Virus record (IMG/VR): IMGVR_UViG_3300030001_000223
Span: 62,001 to 120,845 of that record
Strand: one strand, 5' to 3'
DNA length: 58,845 nt
Source of the DNA: an uncultured virus (IMG/VR IMGVR_UViG_3300030001_000223)
Taxonomy: Duplodnaviria > Heunggongvirae > Uroviricota > Caudoviricetes
A model generated the notes under the pieces. It searched no databases, was not told the origin of the DNA, and saw nothing but the letters and a program-made list of their open reading frames with translations. Shown here one piece after another: positions 20,262 through 29,983 of this stretch. A program made the translations under genes and the position numbers. Every line of letters starts with the position of its first letter. The first letter of the stretch is position 1.

Positions 20262-21338
20262 ATGGGAAAAAGATATCAAAAGGAAGAATTAATACAATTA
20301 TTTAAACAATATGTTGATAAAAATGGAATACCTAAAAGAACAAAGGATGCTTTTAAAAGCAAAAATGGATTAGCATCATGGGATACATATCAAAAAATAG
20401 TAGGTATAAAAACAATATTAGAATTAGTAGACATATGTAATATTATAATCTCTGAAAAAGAAAGATTAGATTTATTGTTTCGAGGTGGTCAAGGTAGGAA
20501 CTATACAAAAAATGAAGTTATTGAAAGAATTCATATACTACACAATAGATTAAATAGAGACTTATATTATGATGATTTTAGAAATCCACAACCTGATGAA
20601 ATAGGAATAGCTACTATTAGAAGGCATTGGAAAACAATGAATGATATGAAAAAAGAGCTAAATCTAAATATTGTTCAAGAAAATATGATAGAAAAACATG
20701 TAGATTTTGAAGCAATAATAGAAGATATACAAAAAGTTGCAAATGAAATATATGAATCTGAAAATAGAAAATTGCTAATGATGAAAGATTTTAATAAATT
20801 ATCAATAGTTAATAGTAATACTATATGGAAACAATGCAAAGATAATAATACAACATTAGATAACGAGTTAAATAAAATAGGATTCAAATTACAAGATTGT
20901 GGTCGAGGAATGAATTTTAAATATAAAGATGGAGAAATGACAGCATCTAATTATGAATATTTATTTACTAATAAACTTAGGGCATTGGGATATAACTATA
21001 ATACCAACTATAAAAGAGATATAAAATATAGAGAATTTATAATAGATTATAATAATTTAATGAATTGTGATTATGTTATTACTATTAATAATAATCTATT
21101 ATATATAGAATTAGCTGGCATGTTAGAAGAATATGAAAAGGAGTATAAATCAGATAATATACTTAATATTAAAAGTAAATCTAAAAAATTATATGCAGAG
21201 AAACTTAAACTAAAAGAAAATATGTTTATCGAAAATGGTCTAAATTATTTCATTTTATTTCCTAGTGATTTAAAAGAAGATAATTTAGATTTTTTATTTG
21301 AAAATAAATTAAATATACAACGAAAGGATGCGATTTAG
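20262..21338 (+). CDS. putative homing endonuclease with helical repeats and C-terminal PD-(D/E)XK-like domain
   Basis: Repeats YQKEELI/YTKNEVI..IRRHW; C-terminal CDYVI..YIELAG. Confidence 0.55.
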   Translation: MGKRYQKEELIQLFKQYVDKNGIPKRTKDAFKSKNGLASWDTYQKIVGIKTILELVDICNIIISEKERLDLLFRGGQGRNYTKNEVIERIHILHNRLNRDLYYDDFRNPQPDEIGIATIRRHWKTMNDMKKELNLNIVQENMIEKHVDFEAIIEDIQKVANEIYESENRKLLMMKDFNKLSIVNSNTIWKQCKDNNTTLDNELNKIGFKLQDCGRGMNFKYKDGEMTASNYEYLFTNKLRALGYNYNTNYKRDIKYREFIIDYNNLMNCDYVITINNNLLYIELAGMLEEYEKEYKSDNILNIKSKSKKLYAEKLKLKENMFIENGLNYFILFPSDLKEDNLDFLFENKLNIQRKDAI

Positions 21339-21340
21339 TT

Positions 21341-22423
21341 ATGGCAAGAGAAACAATAAAAGTATTCACAACAAATGAAGAAGAAATAAAAGCTATTCTT
21401 CCTTCAAATTTAGAATTGATGGAGGATTTTTTAAATTACTTAGAGACAACTGACCATGCAGAAACAACTATAACGGTATATAAAAATAATTTAGACATTT
21501 TCTTTGTTTATTTAATGAAAAATGAGAAAAATATAGACTTTGTAAACTTGAAAAAGAGACATGTAATGAACTTTCAAAATTATATGGTTAAAAACAATCT
21601 ATCTCCATCACGTATTAAAAATATCAAAAGTACTTTATCTTCTCTAAGTTTATTTATTGAGAGCGTATTAGACGAAGAAACTAAGTGGGAAAATTTTAGA
21701 AATATAATAAATAAGATTCCAGCACCAAATAAAAGAGAAGTCCGAGAAAAAACTATTCTTAGTGATGAAGAATGTCAAATTTTATTGGATTATTTAATAG
21801 AAAATAAAAAATATCAACAAGCATGTGCTTTTGCTCTCGGATTTGCATCAGGAAGAAGAAAATCAGAACTCTTGCGTTTCAAAAGAAGCTATATAACTGA
21901 AGATAATTTACAATTTGGTTCATTATATAAGTCTCCTGAAAAAATTAAAACTAAAGGAGCAGGTGTTGCAGGAAAACCACTTTTTGTTTATATACTTAAA
22001 ACTAAATTCAAACCCTATTTTGATTTATGGATGGAAGAAAGAAAGAGACTAGGAGTTCCAGATGAAATTGATGAAATATTTGTAAATAAAAGAAAAGGTA
22101 TTTGGTATCCAGCAAAAATATCTTTATTGGATTCATATGCTACTAATTTTACTAAATTATTAAATAAAGATTTCTATTTTCACTGCTTAAGACATCAATT
22201 TACAAGTTCACTTGAATCTAGTAAAATACCTGCTTCGGTCATAAAAGACATAATTGGCTGGGAAAATATTAGTATGGTATCACTTTATTCGGACAATGAT
22301 CTCAGTAGTAAATTAGGAGATTATTTTTCAAAAGATGGAATTAAAGAAGTCAAACAGGGTTCTTTAAGTGATTTAGGTAATGAAGAATCTGAATCTAGTT
22401 CATTTGGTGGCAATAGATTCTAA
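21341..22423 (+). CDS. tyrosine recombinase / phage integrase family protein
   Basis: SGRRKSEL, KTKG, HCLRH, IGWENISMVSLY (W variant of the H/W position, Y nucleophile present). Confidence 0.85.
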   Translation: MARETIKVFTTNEEEIKAILPSNLELMEDFLNYLETTDHAETTITVYKNNLDIFFVYLMKNEKNIDFVNLKKRHVMNFQNYMVKNNLSPSRIKNIKSTLSSLSLFIESVLDEETKWENFRNIINKIPAPNKREVREKTILSDEECQILLDYLIENKKYQQACAFALGFASGRRKSELLRFKRSYITEDNLQFGSLYKSPEKIKTKGAGVAGKPLFVYILKTKFKPYFDLWMEERKRLGVPDEIDEIFVNKRKGIWYPAKISLLDSYATNFTKLLNKDFYFHCLRHQFTSSLESSKIPASVIKDIIGWENISMVSLYSDNDLSSKLGDYFSKDGIKEVKQGSLSDLGNEESESSSFGGNRF

Positions 22424-22769
22424 TTCCATTTGAAAAAAGTAGCATTAACGAGTATTCAAGAGTATAAGCGAGTTTAAAAATATAAAATCCAAATTTATGC
22501 ATATATAACTACATAAATTCAAATAATGCACTCTGAAATGCATAAATGAACATAAAACCAATCTCATAGTCAATCAAATGAGTCCAATAACAACCTAGTA
22601 AAAAGACTATGAGATTAATTCCTACTAATTAAACAAAATAAAATATAAAAGGTAAAATATTGTAGAAATAAAATCAATGAAAAATATCTACAATAATAAT
22701 ATAACCAAAACTAAAATAATCATACATAGTTATAATATTTAAAATCAAAAGAAAGGATGTGCTTTTTAA

Positions 22770-22979
22770 ATGATTGAAACAACTAATAAAGATTTAATCC
22801 AATTATTAAAAACTCAAATAAGAATTAGAGATGATAAGAATATGCTACTTGAAAAAGATAAAGAAGAACTTTCAATTTCTCTGAATTCATGTAAACAAAA
22901 ATATAAGAAAATAATAATAACTATTCTATCATTTACAATTCTTTCACTTATTTTAAACGCATATCTCTTACTATATTAA
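22770..22979 (+). CDS. small protein, coiled coil plus C-terminal TM helix
   Basis: Hydrophobic C-terminus; GAAAGGA RBS. Confidence 0.55.
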   Translation: MIETTNKDLIQLLKTQIRIRDDKNMLLEKDKEELSISLNSCKQKYKKIIITILSFTILSLILNAYLLLY

Positions 22980-23061
22980 AAATCATAAAATACTAAAGAA
23001 AAATAATCTTAAGAAAGGATAGTGATTAATCAAAATAAACAAGCGAAAGGAATGATTTACG

Positions 23062-23463
23062 ATGGATTTTGCAGGACTAAGTACTTTAATAAATGAACAT
23101 GGACTAGCAGTTGTATTACTATTATTATGTGTTTGGGGGATTTTTACAACAATATCTCCGTATATTAAAAATAAGTTAAATAAGAGAGTAGAAAATGATG
23201 ATAAATTAGAAGATAATATACATAAAGAATATTTTAAAATGACAAAAGAAACAAAAGAAATGAATAAACAATTCATGTCAGAATTAAAGACAATAAATAT
23301 TACTAATCAACAGATTAGTGCAACCAATGAACTTTTGGCAAAAAGTAATAGTAAGCTATTAGAGTCATTAGATAGTAGAATATCTACTCTTGAAGATACT
23401 ACTGATGAGATTGGAAAAACAGTTGAAAAGATTAATACTAAAGTTGATATAATGTTAAAATAA
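23062..23463 (+). CDS. holin-like protein (N-terminal TM plus coiled coil)
   Basis: INEHGLAVVLLLLCVWGIF TM followed by long heptad region, as in BhlA/UviB-type holins. Confidence 0.5.
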   Translation: MDFAGLSTLINEHGLAVVLLLLCVWGIFTTISPYIKNKLNKRVENDDKLEDNIHKEYFKMTKETKEMNKQFMSELKTINITNQQISATNELLAKSNSKLLESLDSRISTLEDTTDEIGKTVEKINTKVDIMLK

Positions 23464-23537
23464 AAAGAAGTTAACTTTTATAAGCAAACTTCCCTCATAG
23501 GATATAAACAACAACCAAATACTAATTTATATCTCTA
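23461..23537 (-). ncRNA. candidate small RNA A
   Basis: TTGACT-17-TATTAT promoter at 23544-23572, hairpin GATATAAA/TTTATATC, terminator GAAGTT..AACTTC-TTTTT; no ORF. Confidence 0.5.
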
Positions 23538-23578
23538 ATTTAAATAATACCACTAAAGTAAATTAAAGTCAATATAAA

Positions 23579-23683
23579 TAAAAAAGAGTAACTTAAAACC
23601 AATAAAAGTTACTCTAAATTCAATAATATATTAACCTGTGAGAAAAATATACTATTGATTAGTTCCAACTAAATTATATAACA
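23579..23683 (-). ncRNA. candidate small RNA B
   Basis: TTGTAT-17-TATTAT promoter at 23690-23718, 13-bp hairpin with a G-U pair only on - strand, terminator AGAGTAACTT/AAGTTACTCT-TTTTT. Confidence 0.5.
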
Positions 23684-23721
23684 AAGGTAATAATAATTAT
23701 ACAGGTAAATAAATACAATTT

Positions 23722-23790
23722 ATAAGGGGATATATCATATTTATTACACATTCATTTGTGTTTTGTTTTGATATATCCCCTTATTTTTTC
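23722..23790. terminator. 16-bp inverted repeat at the convergent strand switch
   Basis: ATAAGGGGATATATCA (23722-23737) / TGATATATCCCCTTAT (23769-23784), T tract on + side. Confidence 0.75.
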
Positions 23791-23805
23791 GCTTTTACAA
23801 AATAT

Positions 23806-23898
23806 TTAATGCTTAACAATATATAGGATAGTTCTTGAAGATTCTATAATAGCCATTATGGTTACTATTGTTAATATATAATATGCGTTCATATTCAT
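23806..23898 (-). CDS. 30-aa hydrophobic peptide MNMNAYYILTIVTIMAIIESSRTILYIVKH
   Basis: AAGGAGGAG RBS; read directly, below the ORF-track cutoff. Confidence 0.55.
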   Translation of the reverse strand: MNMNAYYILTIVTIMAIIESSRTILYIVKH

Positions 23899-23963
23899 TC
23901 TCCTCCTTATTTATACAATATAATTTATTAAATAGTTGGTAAAATTATCCTTTTAATTGGACT

Positions 23964-24185
23964 TTAATTTTCGTCTCCTAATCTACCTAAAGTTAATCCA
24001 GTATCGTTAGTTTCACCACAATGTGAACATATAACATATGGATAACCCATTTCTACTGAAGATGTTGATATTCTAGTTTCATTATATCCATTACACTTAC
24101 CACAAATATATTTTATCTTAGGTGATTTTCCAAATAACATTGATAAACTTACATTCAACATAGACAAATCTTTAACTTTAACCAT
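23964..24185 (-). CDS. zinc-ribbon protein
   Basis: CGKC...CSHC. Confidence 0.65.
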   Translation of the reverse strand: MVKVKDLSMLNVSLSMLFGKSPKIKYICGKCNGYNETRISTSSVEMGYPYVICSHCGETNDTGLTLGRLGDEN

Positions 24186-24784
24186 TATTTATCCTCCTTA
24201 TCAATAACTATTTGTAATCTATCACCTATATAATCCTTACGCCATTGTTTATACTTAGGAGTATTGCATCTTCCAACTCCATTATTACAAGGTGTTATTT
24301 CTCTACAAAACCCAGAATAAACACATTCAGGAACACAATTATCATATAAAGGTCTATCTATCGTTTTTAATACTTTTAAAACATCATTCCATACATCTTG
24401 TGCTTTTATATCTGCCTGTCCACAAATACGCTTTTTGCTTACATTTATAAATGCTTGAGCATTGAGTGTTATATCCATATTAACTAATTCACCCTGTCTT
24501 CTATCATCTCTATTGCCTTCATATTCTATTCTATCTTCTCGTTGTGTGCTTACATATGGAGTGTATCCTATACTATGACGTACAAAGTGAGTAGCCACCC
24601 AACTTCTTATTCCTCTGATTTGAATATTAAACCATTTATCTCTTATTGGACTATGTTCTGATTTATAAATATTTTCCATAAAAGTAACACTAGGTTCTTT
24701 TTCTAGACCTTCTTTCCAAACTGTGACTCTACATCTATTTAATACTTCTTGATTATTTGTTAGTTCTCTCACTGTTATATTCAT
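24185..24784 (-). CDS. thyX: FAD-dependent thymidylate synthase
   Basis: EHSPI, SWVATHFVRH, STQR, and C-terminal VPECVY..GFC.E. Confidence 0.8.
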   Translation of the reverse strand: MNITVRELTNNQEVLNRCRVTVWKEGLEKEPSVTFMENIYKSEHSPIRDKWFNIQIRGIRSWVATHFVRHSIGYTPYVSTQREDRIEYEGNRDDRRQGELVNMDITLNAQAFINVSKKRICGQADIKAQDVWNDVLKVLKTIDRPLYDNCVPECVYSGFCREITPCNNGVGRCNTPKYKQWRKDYIGDRLQIVIDKEDK

Positions 24785-24815
24785 ATTTTTAATTCTCCAT
24801 TCTTATATTAATTTA

Positions 24816-25118
24816 TTATACGAATTTCTTATTGTTTTCTACCATTGCATAACCTTTTACAACAATATCAAATTCTTCTTCAGTCCATCCACCCTCATTG
24901 TTGTTATTTGTAGTTTCTTTACTATTTTCATTTGATTTATTATGTAATTCATTTTTGTCATTTCTTAATTGTATAACTTCTTTTTGTAATTCTAATTTGT
25001 CTGCTTTAAGTAATTTATTTTCAAGCTTTAACCTATTAAGTTCTTTATATATCTCCATTAATGTTGGTTGTTCCTCTATTAATTTAAATTCCATCTTTTC
25101 TTCGCATACATTACTCAT
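24816..25118 (-). CDS. coiled-coil hypothetical protein
   Basis: Start moved to MSNVCEE after GAGGGAG RBS. Confidence 0.55.
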   Translation of the reverse strand: MSNVCEEKMEFKLIEEQPTLMEIYKELNRLKLENKLLKADKLELQKEVIQLRNDKNELHNKSNENSKETTNNNNEGGWTEEEFDIVVKGYAMVENNKKFV

Positions 25119-25171
25119 TTTATTCTCTCCCTCATAATTAATTATTTTTATTATTATTATATTAATTTGTC

Positions 25172-25480
25172 TTAGTCCCATAAATCACAATAATATTCTG
25201 AAAATAAATTCATACCTTCTTCAAATCTTTTGTTTTCTTTATCTAAACTATTAGTGTTCCGATTATCTTTTAAATGGGCATCAAATGACCATATCATTTT
25301 ATCTATTATTTGATGCCATTCTTCCATTCCACTTAATCTACATGGATAACTCATTGTATTAATTTCTTTAAATTTTATTAATCTAGGCAATATGAATTTT
25401 GACAACGTATAATCCAAACTCCATACTTCACTATTTTGTATTTTTGATACGCCTTTTTTCTTTCTTAATCTTTTATTCAC
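25172..25480 (-). CDS. conserved-looking phage hypothetical protein
   Basis: WSLDYTL..ILPRL..EEW..IIDKMIWSF..LF.EY..LWD. Confidence 0.65.
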   Translation of the reverse strand: MNKRLRKKKGVSKIQNSEVWSLDYTLSKFILPRLIKFKEINTMSYPCRLSGMEEWHQIIDKMIWSFDAHLKDNRNTNSLDKENKRFEEGMNLFSEYYCDLWD

Positions 25481-25528
25481 TTATTTCACATCCTTTTAAT
25501 ATTTAACTTTTATGTTAATTTAATTTAT

Positions 25529-25696
25529 TTATTTTAGTCTAAACCAAGCTTTATAATAATTAATCTTACCCATATCTACTGGAACGTCATTCCATGTAAC
25601 TCCATCATCTAAACTATATTCCAAAGAGTTACAATCGTCATTATGTTGTTTATATACTGTTTGATATCCACCTTTATATATTTTATCTTTTTGCAT
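25529..25696 (-). CDS. 55-aa hypothetical protein
   Basis: GAGGTG RBS; contains SLDDGVTW (Asp-box-like). Confidence 0.5.
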   Translation of the reverse strand: MQKDKIYKGGYQTVYKQHNDDCNSLEYSLDDGVTWNDVPVDMGKINYYKAWFRLK

Positions 25697-25707
25697 TAAT
25701 ATCACCT

Positions 25708-27756
25708 CTAATTACCTTTTATTATTTGTAAGAATTCATCTTCATTTATAATTGTTATATTACTTTTCCCACTTGCATTGTCATCCATAGCTTTCTTATC
25801 TTTGCCACTTTTAGACATATCATGTCCACAAATAAGGTACTGTAAAGATTTTTTGTAGCCCGTTTCCACTATAGCACCTAAACTTTCAAGTAGCTCTTTT
25901 AATTCTGCTTTCTTCATATTAAAACCACCAGTTGCATATAGTGTTTTACCTTGAAATGGTGTTTGTTGAGTTACAATAGTTTCTTTAGGTTTATCTTCAA
26001 TGAATGTCAAATAACTTATTATTTCATTTACTTTGTTAATAATATCTTTATCACCGAAGTATTCAACCATAGATTCTGATATTTTATCTCCAACATCTTC
26101 AATTTTTAATAATTCATTTTCATTAGTTGATATGATATTATTTAAATTATTATTGAAGTGCAAACAGATATTCTTAGATGCTTTTTTACCTACATTTTCT
26201 ATTCCAAGTGCGTATAAAAAACTACTTAATTTACATTCTTTACTTTTCTCAACAGCTTTAATTAAATTATCATACTTTTTAAGTCCAAACTTTGGTAATT
26301 TTATTAACTGTTCTTTATATTGTTCTAAGTTATAAATATCTTTAATTGATTTTATAAAGCCTTTATCTATAAATTGTCTTAAAGTTTCCTTAGAAAACCC
26401 TATGATGTTAATAGCTTCTTTTCCAACATAATGAGATAATGCTTGTATTAACCTATCAGGACAACTATCATTAGTGCAGAATAAGAATCTAGTTGTTTTA
26501 GGTTGTCTTATTTCAACTGGACTACCACAACATGTACAAATAGTAGGATATATTATATCTTTAATATCTTCATTATTTAAACTTTCATCAACGATTCCTG
26601 TTACCTCTGGAATTACGTCATTGCTTCTTCTTATGAAAATTTCTGAGTTTATTTTAATTCTTTTTCTTTCAATATCATCAATATTATTTAAGGTTGCTTG
26701 TTTAACTGTAACTCCCATTAATTCTACTGGCTCTATTTTCGCTTTTGGGTTCAGTCTTCCATATCTAGAAACATTCCATTCTACATCTAAAAGTTTTGTA
26801 GTTGTCTCTTCTGCTTCGTACTTGTAAGCTAGAGAAAAACGTGGAAACTTTTCAGTATATCCCATTAAATTTCTTGTAGCTAAATCATTAATTGCAATTA
26901 CGCAACCATCAATATCGTACGGAAGATTTAGTCTTTGTTCTTCTATATTATCTATAGCTTTAATAATATCTTCATATGTATTACAAACAGTATAATCTGT
27001 TACTGGTAATCCTCTATAAGACATATAATCTAATTGTTGTTGATAAGTTTGAAAATCTTTTTCTATATTATTTAAATTATAAAAATATATCATCAATTTT
27101 CTTTTAGCAGTTTCTTTAGTATCTAAATTTCTAATTGCACCAGCGACACTATTTCTGCAATTTTTTAATTGGTCTGTATATTTTTTATTGTATTCTATAA
27201 GAGCTTTCTTTGGCATAATGCATTCTCCATGTGGAGATAAGGAATTTGTTAGTTTGTCATTATCTTTTAATTGTATAGGTAAGTTTATAATGGATTTTGA
27301 TTGTTCTGTAACATTTTCTCCAATTATTCCATCTTTGCCTCTTGTAGAACCTTGTACAAAATTAATATTATCATAATCAGTTTCAACAGTGAGTCCATCA
27401 TATTTCTTAGTTAAAATGTATTTTAATTGCGGTAATTTATTAGTATGAGAACTATTATATTCTTTTATGAAATTTTCATTTTTAGTTAACCAATATTTTA
27501 TTTCTTCAAATGAATTTGATTTATCTAATGACCATAGTTTAGTTTTTCTTTCTACTTTTTCAAATCCTTCTAATATTTCACCACCTACTTTTTGAGTAGG
27601 ACTGTTTGGTAATATATTTTTCATTTCTTTTTCTAGTTTAATTAATTTATCATATTCATCGTCCCATTCCTTATCACCTACTGATGGATTGTCTAAGCTG
27701 TAATACTCATAATTCCACCTGTTTAGTTTTTCAATAAGTTCTAACATCTCTTCCAT
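25708..27756 (-). CDS. ligA: NAD-dependent DNA ligase
   Basis: YYSLDNP, KYDG adenylation motif, STRG, DGCV, RRSNDVIP, Cys4 zinc finger, HhH, BRCT. Confidence 0.95.
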   Translation of the reverse strand: MEEMLELIEKLNRWNYEYYSLDNPSVGDKEWDDEYDKLIKLEKEMKNILPNSPTQKVGGEILEGFEKVERKTKLWSLDKSNSFEEIKYWLTKNENFIKEYNSSHTNKLPQLKYILTKKYDGLTVETDYDNINFVQGSTRGKDGIIGENVTEQSKSIINLPIQLKDNDKLTNSLSPHGECIMPKKALIEYNKKYTDQLKNCRNSVAGAIRNLDTKETAKRKLMIYFYNLNNIEKDFQTYQQQLDYMSYRGLPVTDYTVCNTYEDIIKAIDNIEEQRLNLPYDIDGCVIAINDLATRNLMGYTEKFPRFSLAYKYEAEETTTKLLDVEWNVSRYGRLNPKAKIEPVELMGVTVKQATLNNIDDIERKRIKINSEIFIRRSNDVIPEVTGIVDESLNNEDIKDIIYPTICTCCGSPVEIRQPKTTRFLFCTNDSCPDRLIQALSHYVGKEAINIIGFSKETLRQFIDKGFIKSIKDIYNLEQYKEQLIKLPKFGLKKYDNLIKAVEKSKECKLSSFLYALGIENVGKKASKNICLHFNNNLNNIISTNENELLKIEDVGDKISESMVEYFGDKDIINKVNEIISYLTFIEDKPKETIVTQQTPFQGKTLYATGGFNMKKAELKELLESLGAIVETGYKKSLQYLICGHDMSKSGKDKKAMDDNASGKSNITIINEDEFLQIIKGN

Positions 27757-27859
27757 TTTTCTCTATCTCCTTCATTATATTAATTTGTTAATAATTGTAT
27801 TATGTAATATAATCTGTAAGGGCTTGTACTATTTAGAATTTAATTTCCCTTACAAGACT

Positions 27860-27888
27860 ATCTTACTACTTTATGAATATAATGTCAA
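27860..27888 (-). promoter_or_regulatory. sigmaA-type promoter upstream of ligA
   Basis: TTGACA-17 nt-TAAGAT. Confidence 0.65.
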
Positions 27889-27919
27889 ACTATTTATGTT
27901 AATTTGTTTAAATATTAAT

Positions 27920-29491
27920 TTAACCTAATCTTAAATAGTTATTTGTACCACTAGTGATTCTTAATCCATCATATTCTTGTACTGTTAATCCAAAATCCTT
28001 GACTAATTTCTTTTCTGTCTCGTCCATATCTTCATATTTTTTAGTAGCAAAATCTGGGGGCAACCAATTCTTACCTTTTCCACTCAAAATATTGAAAATC
28101 TCGAGATGTTGTTTATTTTTGTATTTGATATGAATAGTTTGTTTTTGATAACAATCTAAAATGAAATGCTCAGTTTCTATATTCTTATCACATCGTTTAA
28201 TTGCTTCAACTATCTCATTTGTATCAATATTATATTTTGTTCCTTTTATATTGTTGAATATTATGTTCAAATCATTTAATGTATCAGGAACTCTATAAAG
28301 ATAATTACCATAGTATCCTATGATTGATTTATTATTTATCTTGTAACAACTGTTAGTTTTCCACCCAGAGAAAAGATAAATATTTTTATTCCACATTGTA
28401 TCAGAATAATAGCTTTTATAAGTTAAATCATCAAATACTCTAGCTACAGTTTCTTCATAGCTTTTTGGTATAGCCTGTATTAATTCTTCATAGAAATATC
28501 TAACATTCTCTATTGTAAAAGCTATATTCTGTTGTTTTTCCATATTACACGAAAAATTATCTCTCAACTTAGTAGGTAGTTTCTTTTTAAATTCTGTTTC
28601 TTCAATAAATTTATTCCAATATTTTAGTGTTAAATGTGCTATAAATCCATTAACAGTTAATTTATCAGCATGAACTTTATCATCACATAATCTTATTACA
28701 TTTTCAACACCAAAGCCTGAAAGCAATTTACTAACTCTCATTTGTTCTTTAAATAATTCAATAGAAGCATTTTTAGCAACGTTAAATTCAAAAACTAACT
28801 TTTCTAATTTATTCATATTCGGTATTAGAGATTGCAGATTATTAATATGAATATTGGGATTTTCCCTTTTAAATTCTCTTTCAAACATAGTTTCAGTATT
28901 GGACATTGGAACATTTATATATACCATTGCAGTTTCTACATCTGTTTCTCTTTCTGATTCACTAAAAGCATTTTGTATGTATTCTATATCGCCATCATAT
29001 TGTTCTATAAGACTTATAAGCTTCTTTCTAGTATTATTATATGGATTTTTAAGAGTCTCTGCATTAAGTAAGCATAATACTCTTCCACCGACTCTTTCTT
29101 GTGTCTCTATAGCTTTTAAACAATGTTTATCTCCTTCAGAATAAGGAGGATTCATTATTATTAAGTCATAGAATTTAGGTGGATCGAATGTAAGAAAGTT
29201 ATCCCATACAACATTATATTTCTGTCCTCTTAATAAATTATTTAAATTTTCATCAAATTCAATAACATCAAATTTTAAATAATCCTTTGCTTTCTTTCCA
29301 TAGGAAATCATTCTTCTACAATTAGTTTCGTAGTATTCTTCATATGCCTGTACTATATCTCCTTTTCCGCATGAAGGCTCTAGAATATGTTGGATTGAAG
29401 CAAGACTTAGTTGTTCTTCTTTAAGTTTATCTAACATTTTATATATTAATTTTTTTGGTGTTGGGTAAAAATCTTTATTTTCTGTAAACAT
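27920..29491 (-). CDS. N6-adenine-type DNA methyltransferase with long C-terminal domain (DUF4942-like)
   Basis: FYPTP, ILEPSCGKGD (SAM binding), IIMNPPY (catalytic); C-terminal GWKTN..KINNK..TIHIKY. Confidence 0.8.
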   Translation of the reverse strand: MFTENKDFYPTPKKLIYKMLDKLKEEQLSLASIQHILEPSCGKGDIVQAYEEYYETNCRRMISYGKKAKDYLKFDVIEFDENLNNLLRGQKYNVVWDNFLTFDPPKFYDLIIMNPPYSEGDKHCLKAIETQERVGGRVLCLLNAETLKNPYNNTRKKLISLIEQYDGDIEYIQNAFSESERETDVETAMVYINVPMSNTETMFEREFKRENPNIHINNLQSLIPNMNKLEKLVFEFNVAKNASIELFKEQMRVSKLLSGFGVENVIRLCDDKVHADKLTVNGFIAHLTLKYWNKFIEETEFKKKLPTKLRDNFSCNMEKQQNIAFTIENVRYFYEELIQAIPKSYEETVARVFDDLTYKSYYSDTMWNKNIYLFSGWKTNSCYKINNKSIIGYYGNYLYRVPDTLNDLNIIFNNIKGTKYNIDTNEIVEAIKRCDKNIETEHFILDCYQKQTIHIKYKNKQHLEIFNILSGKGKNWLPPDFATKKYEDMDETEKKLVKDFGLTVQEYDGLRITSGTNNYLRLG

Positions 29492-29543
29492 CTTTTAAAA
29501 TCTCCTTTTTATTATATTATATTAATTTATTAACCTCTTATTT

Positions 29544-29572
29544 ATAATAGCATCTTTGGAATAATAATGCAA
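29544..29572 (-). promoter_or_regulatory. sigmaA-type promoter for the MTase
   Basis: TTGCAT-17 nt-TATTAT. Confidence 0.55.
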
Positions 29573-29642
29573 TATGTTTATATTAATTTATTAACTTGTT
29601 ATAAAAGAAAAGACAGAACTTTTACATTCTGCCTAACTCAAT

Positions 29643-29867
29643 CTATTTTATCTCTTTATTATCGTGCTTATATATCTCAGCCATAAATCGGTTATTTAAT
29701 AATGCTAAAATAGTTCCTAATACGACTATTACACATGATATTGAAATGGTATCACATCCAATAAATAGTTTAAATAGTGTTGCAATAGTTAATACTGACC
29801 CGACTATATTAATAAATGCACTTAGCATACAACCTAGTGTTTTTAAAATACGTTTTAATACTTTCAT
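29643..29867 (-). CDS. small two-TM membrane protein
   Basis: Hydrophobic stretches; AAGGAG RBS. Confidence 0.6.
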   Translation of the reverse strand: MKVLKRILKTLGCMLSAFINIVGSVLTIATLFKLFIGCDTISISCVIVVLGTILALLNNRFMAEIYKHDNKEIK

Positions 29868-29983
29868 TATTTACTCTCCTTTTCTATTTCTTTTTTTAAT
29901 TTATTTACAACCTTTTAAAAGTATGATTTTAACTGAATTTACCAACTTGGGAGGCTAGTAATAGCCCCATTTATAAATCCAAA

